Program-made: the position numbers and the translations under genes
The notes under the pieces: generated by a model
Databases searched by the model: none
Seen by the model: only the letters and a program-made list of their open reading frames with translations
What the model was told of the DNA's origin: nothing
Origin: an uncultured Acidobacteriota bacterium
GTDB taxonomy: Bacteria; Acidobacteriota; Polarisedimenticolia; Polarisedimenticolales; DASRJG01
Assembly (NCBI GenBank): GCA_964647625.1
Contig: CAZYHZ010000001.1
Coordinates: 94,742 to 158,741, forward strand
Direction: 5' to 3'
DNA: 64,000 nt
Shown: piece by piece, positions 42,242 through 49,822 of the stretch
Numbering within the stretch: position 1 is the stretch's first letter
Layout: each line of letters starts with the position of its first letter

Positions 42242-43411
42242 ATGGAGCCGATCCTGCACGCCGTCGAAGGGTTCATGTACCCCAACGAGGTGGAGCTCCA
42301 GTGGAGCATCCTCATCGTCCTCTACCCGTTCCTCACCGGACTCGTCGCGGGAGCGTTCATCCTCGCGTCGCTCGTGCGCGTCTTCAACGTCGAGGCGGTC
42401 AAGCCGACGTACCGCCTCGCGCTCCTGACCGCCCTCGCGTTCCTGATCGTCGCGCCGCTCCCGCTGCAGCTCCACCTCGGCCATCCCGAGCGCTCGTTCG
42501 AGATGTACCTGACCCCGCATACGACCTCCGCGATGGCGATGTTCGGATTCGTGTATCTCTGGTATCTCCTCGCGGTTCTCGTCATCGAGATCTGGCTCGA
42601 TTTCCGGCCCGACATCATCCGGATGGCCCGGGAATCCCGCGCGCCGCTGCGCTTCGTCTATCGCGCCATGACCCTGGGGTCGTACAACGTCAGCCCGCGC
42701 GCTCTCGCGATCGACGACAAGCTCGGCTGGCTCATCACTTTGGTCGGGATTCCGTCGGCGTTTCTCCTCCACGGGTACGTCGGATTCATCTTCGGGTCCG
42801 TTAAGGCCAACCCCTGGTGGTCCACGCCGCTGATGCCGGTCGTGTTCCTGTTCTCCGCGATCGTGTCCGGAATCGCGGCCGTGCTGCTGCTCTACATCGT
42901 GTACTGCTTCACGACGGGAATCCGCACCGACGTGAGGTGCCTCGACTCGATGGCCCGGTATCTCTTCTACGCGTTCCTGATCGACTTCTCTCTCGAGATG
43001 CTCGACCTGATCCACCGGATCTACGAGGCGGACGAGTCGTTCAAGTCCCTCGACTTCATGGTGCACACGCGGCTGTACGGCTCGCAGATCGTCGGCCAGA
43101 TTCTCCTCGGGACGCTTTTGCCGATCGGGCTCCTCGCCCTCGTCCAGATCGTCGCGATGTCGGAGCGGGCCCGCGCCGGCATCTACGGGACCTCCGCGAT
43201 TCTGACCCTGTGCGGCATCTTCGGGATGCGGTGGAACGTGGTCATCGGCGGCCAGCTGTTCTCGAAGAGCTTTCTCGGCTACACGAGCTACAAGATGGGG
43301 TTCGCGACGCGCGAGGGGCTGCTTCCCGCGCTGGTCCTTCTCATCCTTCCGTTCGTCATCCTCTGGGGGCTGGTGAAGCTCCTTCCTCCCTCGACAAGGT
43401 CGGTATCATGA
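42242..43411 (+). CDS. NrfD/PsrC-family polytopic quinone-interacting membrane subunit
   Basis: ATG at 42242 lies 11 nt after the FeS gene stop. There are ~10 TM helices. The N-terminus WSILIVLYPFLTGLVAGAFILASL and overall layout are typical of the NrfD/PsrC/DsrP/ActC family. Confidence 0.85.
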   Translation: MEPILHAVEGFMYPNEVELQWSILIVLYPFLTGLVAGAFILASLVRVFNVEAVKPTYRLALLTALAFLIVAPLPLQLHLGHPERSFEMYLTPHTTSAMAMFGFVYLWYLLAVLVIEIWLDFRPDIIRMARESRAPLRFVYRAMTLGSYNVSPRALAIDDKLGWLITLVGIPSAFLLHGYVGFIFGSVKANPWWSTPLMPVVFLFSAIVSGIAAVLLLYIVYCFTTGIRTDVRCLDSMARYLFYAFLIDFSLEMLDLIHRIYEADESFKSLDFMVHTRLYGSQIVGQILLGTLLPIGLLALVQIVAMSERARAGIYGTSAILTLCGIFGMRWNVVIGGQLFSKSFLGYTSYKMGFATREGLLPALVLLILPFVILWGLVKLLPPSTRSVS

Positions 43412-43418
43412 CCCGGCC

Positions 43419-43877
43419 ATGTCGCGCCCCGGCCAGGGCTTCCGCGAGATCGCGCTCTTCGGCGTCTTCGGCGGCGTCCTCATCGCCGTCCTGCGGCTCG
43501 TGGAGTACCGGTTTCTCATTCTTCACCACTCGGTCGAGATCTACGGCGCGATCGTGGCGGTCCTCTTCGCGGGTCTGGGAATCTGGCTCGGCGGGACGCT
43601 GACCCGGAAGCAGCCGGAGGTCGTCGTCCGAGAGATCCGGGTCGACGGGCCCTTCGTCGTCGATGAGGGCCGGGTCCGGGAGCTTCAGCTCACGCCGCGC
43701 GAGCTCGAGATCCTGGGACTGATCGCCCTTGGGCTCAGCAACAAGGAGATCGCGGAGCGTGTGTTCGTCAGCGAGAACACCGTCAAGACCCACGCGAGCC
43801 GCGTGTTCGACAAGCTCGGAGCCCGGCGGCGCACCGAGGCGGTGCAGCTCGGAAAATCTTGGCGTCTGATCCCGTGA
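43419..43877 (+). CDS. membrane-anchored LuxR-family HTH transcriptional regulator (two TM helices + LuxR C-terminal domain)
   Basis: The start lies 7 nt after the NrfD stop. The two TM helices are IALFGVFGGVLIAVLRLV and IYGAIVAVLFAGLGIWLGG. The LuxR HTH reads LTPRELEILGLIALGLSNKEIAERVFVSENTVKTHASRVFDKLG. Confidence 0.8.
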   Translation: MSRPGQGFREIALFGVFGGVLIAVLRLVEYRFLILHHSVEIYGAIVAVLFAGLGIWLGGTLTRKQPEVVVREIRVDGPFVVDEGRVRELQLTPRELEILGLIALGLSNKEIAERVFVSENTVKTHASRVFDKLGARRRTEAVQLGKSWRLIP

Positions 43878-43935
43878 GCGGTCGTCCAAAGTGATGATTC
43901 GGCGGGAGCGGCGCCAAAATCATCCGATAGCATGA

Positions 43936-43972
43936 CGCGCGGGAAGCGCCGGCCGCGGTAGGTTCCCGCGCG
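43936..43972 (+). promoter_or_regulatory. GC-rich stem-loop (10-bp stem, 17-nt loop) abutting the Shine-Dalgarno sequence of the DUF4199 gene
   Basis: CGCGCGGGAA (43936-43945) pairs perfectly with TTCCCGCGCG (43963-43972). AGGAGG follows at 43973-43978 and ATG at 43988. There is no U-tract, so this is not a canonical terminator. Confidence 0.3.
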
Positions 43973-43987
43973 AGGAGGCCCATCTCG

Positions 43988-44488
43988 ATGAAGAAAACCG
44001 TTCTGACCTACGGACTGATCTCGGCCGTGATCGCCGCGGTGCTGATGCTCGCGCAGGTGCCGTTCATGGATGGAAGCAACCGGTCGCTGCTCACCGGGTA
44101 CGCCGGGATCGTGCTGTCGTCGCTTCTGATCTTCTTCGGCGTGCGCTCGTACCGCGAAAACGTCGGCAACGGGAAGATCTCGTTCGGGCGCGGATTCGCG
44201 GTCGGGATCCTGATCGCGGTCCTCTCGGCGATGGGCTACGTCGCCGCCTGGGAGGTGGTCTACTTTCACAACCCGAGGGTCGCGGACCACGCGTTCGACA
44301 AGCAGATCGACGATCTGAAAGCGAAAGGAGCGTCGCAAGCCGAGATCGACACCGCCACAGCGCAGATCGAATCGTTCAAGAAGCTCTACGCGAATCCGCT
44401 CGCCAACGCCGCGTTCACGTTCCTCGAGCCCTTCCCGGTCGGGTTGCTCATGACGCTGATTTCGGCCGTAATCCTTCGCAAGAAATGA
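43988..44488 (+). CDS. DUF4199-like small membrane protein
   Basis: The N-terminus is MKKTVLTYGLISAVIAAVLMLAQVPF. There are four hydrophobic helices and a central amphipathic segment, which matches my memory of DUF4199. Confidence 0.7.
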   Translation: MKKTVLTYGLISAVIAAVLMLAQVPFMDGSNRSLLTGYAGIVLSSLLIFFGVRSYRENVGNGKISFGRGFAVGILIAVLSAMGYVAAWEVVYFHNPRVADHAFDKQIDDLKAKGASQAEIDTATAQIESFKKLYANPLANAAFTFLEPFPVGLLMTLISAVILRKK

Positions 44489-44545
44489 TTGAGTTTAAGT
44501 ATTATAATTGTTATAGTTTCAATTCTTATCCTTTATATATAGCTG
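44483..44545. other. AT-rich island (~19 % G+C by hand count over 57 nt) in an otherwise GC-saturated window
   Basis: The sequence is GAAATGATTGAGTTTAAGTATTATAATTGTTATAGTTTCAATTCTTATCCTTTATATATAGC. It begins at the DUF4199 stop codon and contains TATAAT (44503-44508) and TATATA (44536-44541). Nothing comparable occurs elsewhere in the 64 kb. Confidence 0.7.
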
Positions 44546-44624
44546 GTGTGGGGAGGACCCAAACCGATCCCCCGCACCTCTTTGATACGATCCCGCGCGG
44601 TCCGGGTCATCAAGGAGGATCGCG

Positions 44625-45446
44625 TTGAGCCAGCACGACGAGCGCGAGTACGCCCTCGGCACAGGCGACGCGGAGATCGTCCGCCTCGGTATCCAGCACA
44701 AGCTGTGGAGCGCGGATGCGTTCGCCGCGTGGGAGCGCGCCGGCATCCGTGCGGGCCAGACCGTGCTCGACATCGGTTGCGGGCCCGGATACACGACTCG
44801 CGATCTCGCGGGACTCGTGACCGCATCGGGCAGGGTCGTCGCGATCGACGAGTCCGCTCGCTTCGTCGAATACTTGAAGGAGCGGCAGAAGAGCGCCGGC
44901 GACACCACCGTCGATGCGCGCGTCGGCGACGTCCAGCGGCTCGACCTTCCGGGGGGCTCATTCGACGCGGCATACCAGCGCTGGGTCCTTTGCTTCGTCA
45001 AGGATCCGGAAGCCGTCATCCGCGGCATCGCGCACGCGCTGAAGCCGGGCGGCGTCTTCGTCAGCCAGGACTACACGCACTACGAAGGGATCCAGCTCGC
45101 CCCGCCCAGCACGCCGTTCCGTCGATTCGCCACCGTCGTCGCCGAGGCGTGGAGGGAGCACGGCGGCGACACCGAGGTCGGGCTGCGGCTGCCGGCGTGG
45201 CTGACCCGCCACGGGCTGTCGCCGGTCGAGATCGCGCCGCTGCACCGCATCGCGCGTCCGGGGTCGCAGCTGTGGAAATGGCCGTCGATCTTCATCGAGA
45301 CCTACGGACCGAAGCTCGTCGAGGAAGGGCGCCTGACCCGCGAAGAGCACCGCGCCCTGGTCGATGACTGGAAGGCTCACGAGAGCGACCCGGCCGCGTT
45401 CTTCTGCTCTCCGCCGATGGCGACCATCATCGCCGTCAAGCGCTGA
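44625..45446 (+). CDS. class I SAM-dependent methyltransferase
   Basis: AAGGAGGA lies 6 nt before TTG at 44625. Motif I is VLDIGCGPGYTT, motif II region is VVAIDES, and the late motif is LKPGGVFVSQDY. Confidence 0.8.
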   Translation: MSQHDEREYALGTGDAEIVRLGIQHKLWSADAFAAWERAGIRAGQTVLDIGCGPGYTTRDLAGLVTASGRVVAIDESARFVEYLKERQKSAGDTTVDARVGDVQRLDLPGGSFDAAYQRWVLCFVKDPEAVIRGIAHALKPGGVFVSQDYTHYEGIQLAPPSTPFRRFATVVAEAWREHGGDTEVGLRLPAWLTRHGLSPVEIAPLHRIARPGSQLWKWPSIFIETYGPKLVEEGRLTREEHRALVDDWKAHESDPAAFFCSPPMATIIAVKR

Positions 45447-45558
45447 TCGGCCGCCGCAGCTCGGGGACAGGTCGTCGACGTTCGCGGGGTCCGCATTGAC
45501 CCGCCGAGTGTCCACCCGTAAGCTCCGACCGATCGCATCGGATGGGGGGCATCACGTG

Positions 45559-48500
45559 ATGAAAGCGGCGCGGGCGGGGCTCTTCATTGCCATGTTGGGC
45601 TTGGGAGCGCGCGCGATCGCCGCCACCGAGCCCTCCGAGCCTTGGATCGGCGCTGCGCCGTTCACCGTCGCACCGGCGGACATCATGGCGGCGATCGGCA
45701 AGCTGCCCGTTCCCGATGCGAGCGCGGAATTGTTGCTCGAAGAGAACCGCTTCGACTTCGACGAGAGCAGTCGCGCCGAACATCGCTATCACGTGATCTA
45801 CCGTGTCCTCAATTCCGCCGGTCAAGACGCGCGGTCGCACTTTTCGGTTGCCTGGAGCCCTTGGCGACAAGCCCGGCCGGACGTTCGTGCGAGGGTGATC
45901 TCGGCCGACGGCGTCACCCACGAGCTCGATCCGTCTACGATCGCCGACGCGCCGCTCGGATCGGAGGATGAAGACGTGTTCTCCGATCGCCGCGTCGTCG
46001 AAGGGCCGCTCCCGGCCGTCGCGCCCGGATCGATCGTCGAGATCGCTTGGACACTGCGCGATACCGAGCGTTCGCCCAGCCTGGGAAGTAGCGGGCGCTG
46101 GGTGATCGGCGACAACGTGCCGGTGCGACACACCGTGTTCGCGATGACCGCCCCGGCTTCGCTACCGCTCGTCTGCCGACTCTACAACTTGGGTTCGCTG
46201 AACCCCGTCCGCGACGAGCAGAACGGGCGGGTCACGATCTCGCTCGAGGTCGGGCCGCAACCCAAGCTGCCGGACGTCGAAGCGTGGGTCCCCTATGACG
46301 TCCGCCAGATCCCCGCAGTCGGGTGGGCGACGGCCGGGACGTGGTCGCGTGTCGCTGCGGAGTACGCATCGATCGTCGATCGCCAGGTCGCCTCCGCGAA
46401 GGTCGGATCGACGGTCGACTCCGCGCTCCGGGGCGTCAGCGGGAGGCTGCCGCGTCTCGAGGCCCTCGTACGCGCGTTGCATCGCCAGATCCGGTACACC
46501 GGAGTCGAATTCGGCGAGTCCTCGATCACCCCCGCTCGTCCGGAAGAGACGCTCAAACGGCGGTTCGGCGACTGCAAGGACAAGTCCGCTTTGCTCGTGG
46601 CGATGGCGCGCGCAGCGGGCTTCGACGCTCACATCGCCTTGCTCGACACGGGGTTCACCCCCGATGTCGACGCCGACCTTCCCGGGGTCGACCAGTTCGA
46701 CCATGCGATCGTGGTCGTGAACGGCGAGCCCCCCGTGTGGATCGACGCCACCGCCGAGTACCTGAGGGTCGGCGACCTTCCGGCCGCGGTCGCGGGCCGA
46801 CAGGCGCTCGTCGCGTCGGGATCAACGACGGGTCTCGAGCGAATCCCGGACACTCCGGCGAGCCGCAACCGCCTGGAGCACGCTCGCGATTACTTTCTCG
46901 TCGAGCGCGGCCGAAGCCGCGCTGTGGAAACCGTCACCCCCGAGGGCGCGTTCGAAGGTGAGTTCCGCGGACGGTACGCCGCGATGGACGAAGGCGACGT
47001 CAAGAAGAACCTCGACGAGTACGTCAAGCGCGTGTTCAAGGCCCGGACGCTCGGCGAGGTCCAGAGGACGGCGGCGACCGACTTCTCCAAGCCGTTCGTG
47101 ATTTCTTGCGAAGCCAGGGAGTCCTCAGTCGGCGAATCGTTCGCGGACGCTTCCAACGTCCGCTTTCCGGCGGCCGATTTCGTCGATCGGTTGGAGGACG
47201 CGCTGCCGGCGGAAAAGAAAGAGAACGGCACGGAGGGCGACGCTCCGAGGGTCCGCAAGCTCCCGTTCCGGCTGAAGGAGGCGTTCGTCGACGTGTGGAC
47301 GACGCGCGTGCATCCGGCGCCGGGGTTCGTTCCTGGCGAAGCGCCGCAAGTCGAGGACACGCATGTGGGTCCGGTGCACTTCACGCGAATTTACAGCGTC
47401 GGAGCCGACGGCACGATGGCGTTCCGAGCGACGCTCGACACGGGAGACCGGCTGACCTGGACCCCGGACGAGCTGGCCCAAGTCCGCGCGTGGGTCACGA
47501 AGGTGAAAGCCGGGGATTCGGTCCAGCTGATCTTCGAACAAGCGGGATACAAGGCGCTCCGCGCGGGAAAGCTCCAGGAGGCGGTGAGCGAGTACCAGAA
47601 GCTCACGAAGCTCCACCCCACGGAGGCGCTGCATCACGCCCAGCTCTCCGAGGCCTACCTCAACGCCGGACTCGGTGAGGCTGCGCGCGCGGAAGCGCGC
47701 GACGCGACGACGCTCGACCCCGGCTCCGCCGACGCCTGGCGCTCGTACGGTTGGGCCTACGTGAACGACCTCATCGGACGCCCGTTCATGAGCGGCTCCG
47801 ATCTTGCCGAGGCCGCGAGGGCCTATCGCAAAGCCACCGAGCTCGACCCGAAGGACCAGCTCGCGCGAAGGAATCTGGCCATCATCCTCGAATACGACGC
47901 GCGGACGATGGAGAGATACGGTTCCGGCGCGCACCTCCCGGAGGCGATCGACGTCTGGCGAGCCCGCAAAAAGGATCTGGACACGAAAGACGGCGACACG
48001 AGCCTGATGGTGACCCTTGCGCGCGCAGAACGTTGGAAGGAGCTGCTGGAATTCGCCGGGGAGGCGCAGGGTGCGGAGACGCGCAGTGCCTGGCTCGTGA
48101 TCGCGACGGCCGTTCTCTCGGGGACCGACGAAGCGATCGGGGAGGCGGGACGCCGGACGACGTCTCGCGACGAGCGGGACAAGCTGCTGTTCAAGGCCGG
48201 GGCCACGCTCGCGCAGGTGCGGCACTACGCCGAAGCGTCCGAGCTGCTGCGCGCGGGCGCGCAAGCGTCCGACCAGGGCACGGCAGCCACCATGGCCCGG
48301 GTCGATTTGTTCCGCCGCTGCAAACGGCATGAAGACATCTCGATGGGAGGCGACACTCCGGAGGACTTCCTCCGGCGATTCATCCTCGACGTCTTGCTGA
48401 GCGACGATGCTGCAAAGGTGGCCGGCTCGATGGTCATGGCGCTGCCGCCCGACGACGACCGCTCGGCTCTCGACCGAGCGAGGGGCGGTCAACTGGCGGG

Positions 48501-49728
48501 CTTGCGACAGTTGACGGGTGGATCGGGTCTCACCATGGACGCCGTCGTCGACGTGATCCTCGCGGCCGCGGACTGGCGCACCGAAGGAAGTGACGCGGTG
48601 GGCTACAAGGTGGATCTCAAAGTCAACGTTCCAGGCGACTCGAGAACGCTCGAGTTTTTCCTTCGGCGTCTCGACGGAACCCTGAAGATCGTCGGCTTCG
48701 GCAACGACGTCAGCTCAATCGGACCGGTGGCCTTGAGTCTCGTCGAGGCCGGCCAGCCCGACGCGGCTCGGCAATGGCTGACCTGGGCGCACGACGCGCT
48801 CCCGGCGGCAAGGGCGGATCTCGTCGAGGATTCTCCGTTCATGGCGTTCTGGCCTCCCGATCCATCGGCTGGGGACGACGGGCTGAAGCTCGCGGCCGCG
48901 GCGTTGTCCGCCGGCGGGCCGGACGCTTCGAAGGGCCTGCCGATCCTCGAGCAAGCTCGCCGGTCCGCGACCGGCCAAGACGCGGTCCGTCTCGATCACG
49001 CGCTCCGCACGGCGTACTGGTCGCTCCATCGGCGTGACGAGTCGATCGCTCCCGCGCGCCGACTACTCGACGCCCTTCCGTCGTCCGACGTTGCGTTCCA
49101 GCGGCTCGCCGGCGCGTTGCTCGCGAACATGCGTCTCGACGAGCTGGCGGCCCTCTGTGACGAACGAGCCAAGGACAAACCCGACGACCCGTACGTCTTG
49201 CGTTTCCGATCGGGGATCGCTGAGAAACAACGTCGCTGGGACGACGCGGTCGAGACTCAGCGCCGACTCGTCACGTTGGGAAAGGCCGATGCGAACGACT
49301 ACAACACGCTCGCCTGGACGGGACTGTTTGCGCGCGGTCACGGGCCACAGGTCGTCGACGACGCCGAGCACGCGGCGCTCTTCCAGAAGAACCCGTCCTG
49401 GCATGTGCTCCAGACGCTCGCAACGGCCTATGCCGACGTGGGACGCGTCGTGGAAGCGCGGCAAACTCTCGTGAAACAGCTCGTCGCATCCGGAAGAGAT
49501 GAACCCGGCCCGTACGAGTGGCTCGTCATCGGCAGGATCGCCCAGCAGTTCGGCGCCGATAAATACGCCCGTGCGGCGTATCTCAGGGTTGCAAAGCCCA
49601 AGGACGAGGCCGACCTGATCGGCTCGAGCTACGCGCTGGCGCAATCCTGGATGGCCGACCTCCCAGCTGCCCCGACCGAGGCGGTGACGGGACACTCGGC
49701 TGGGAAGGTCCGCCCGAGCCGGCGTTAG
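45559..49728 (+). CDS. secreted DUF3857-like / transglutaminase-like cysteine protease-fold protein with long C-terminal TPR-like helical region
   Basis: ATG at 45559 follows GGGGGG. Signal peptide MKAARAGLFIAMLGLGARAIAA. The transglutaminase core has the Cys (RRFGDCKDKSALLVAMARAAG), His (FDHAIVVV) and Asp (VWIDATAEY). About 800 aa of helical TPR-like repeats follow. Confidence 0.8.
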   Translation: MKAARAGLFIAMLGLGARAIAATEPSEPWIGAAPFTVAPADIMAAIGKLPVPDASAELLLEENRFDFDESSRAEHRYHVIYRVLNSAGQDARSHFSVAWSPWRQARPDVRARVISADGVTHELDPSTIADAPLGSEDEDVFSDRRVVEGPLPAVAPGSIVEIAWTLRDTERSPSLGSSGRWVIGDNVPVRHTVFAMTAPASLPLVCRLYNLGSLNPVRDEQNGRVTISLEVGPQPKLPDVEAWVPYDVRQIPAVGWATAGTWSRVAAEYASIVDRQVASAKVGSTVDSALRGVSGRLPRLEALVRALHRQIRYTGVEFGESSITPARPEETLKRRFGDCKDKSALLVAMARAAGFDAHIALLDTGFTPDVDADLPGVDQFDHAIVVVNGEPPVWIDATAEYLRVGDLPAAVAGRQALVASGSTTGLERIPDTPASRNRLEHARDYFLVERGRSRAVETVTPEGAFEGEFRGRYAAMDEGDVKKNLDEYVKRVFKARTLGEVQRTAATDFSKPFVISCEARESSVGESFADASNVRFPAADFVDRLEDALPAEKKENGTEGDAPRVRKLPFRLKEAFVDVWTTRVHPAPGFVPGEAPQVEDTHVGPVHFTRIYSVGADGTMAFRATLDTGDRLTWTPDELAQVRAWVTKVKAGDSVQLIFEQAGYKALRAGKLQEAVSEYQKLTKLHPTEALHHAQLSEAYLNAGLGEAARAEARDATTLDPGSADAWRSYGWAYVNDLIGRPFMSGSDLAEAARAYRKATELDPKDQLARRNLAIILEYDARTMERYGSGAHLPEAIDVWRARKKDLDTKDGDTSLMVTLARAERWKELLEFAGEAQGAETRSAWLVIATAVLSGTDEAIGEAGRRTTSRDERDKLLFKAGATLAQVRHYAEASELLRAGAQASDQGTAATMARVDLFRRCKRHEDISMGGDTPEDFLRRFILDVLLSDDAAKVAGSMVMALPPDDDRSALDRARGGQLAGLRQLTGGSGLTMDAVVDVILAAADWRTEGSDAVGYKVDLKVNVPGDSRTLEFFLRRLDGTLKIVGFGNDVSSIGPVALSLVEAGQPDAARQWLTWAHDALPAARADLVEDSPFMAFWPPDPSAGDDGLKLAAAALSAGGPDASKGLPILEQARRSATGQDAVRLDHALRTAYWSLHRRDESIAPARRLLDALPSSDVAFQRLAGALLANMRLDELAALCDERAKDKPDDPYVLRFRSGIAEKQRRWDDAVETQRRLVTLGKADANDYNTLAWTGLFARGHGPQVVDDAEHAALFQKNPSWHVLQTLATAYADVGRVVEARQTLVKQLVASGRDEPGPYEWLVIGRIAQQFGADKYARAAYLRVAKPKDEADLIGSSYALAQSWMADLPAAPTEAVTGHSAGKVRPSRR

Positions 49729-49822
49729 GCTGGCGCCGGATCTGGCATTGTTCTTCTCCCGTTTCCCTCGTAAATTCCATGCCTCAACGCGGTGGCGTCC
49801 GGCATGGGACGCGGGGGCAGCC

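Noticed and set aside
44489-44508. An apparent sigma-70 promoter, TTGAGT ... TATAAT, inside the AT-rich island.
   Set aside because: The spacer is only 8 nt. Other hexamer pairings (TTGTTA with TTTATA or TATATA) have 18-22 nt spacers and poor matches. No specific -35/-10 call is justified without transcription-start mapping.
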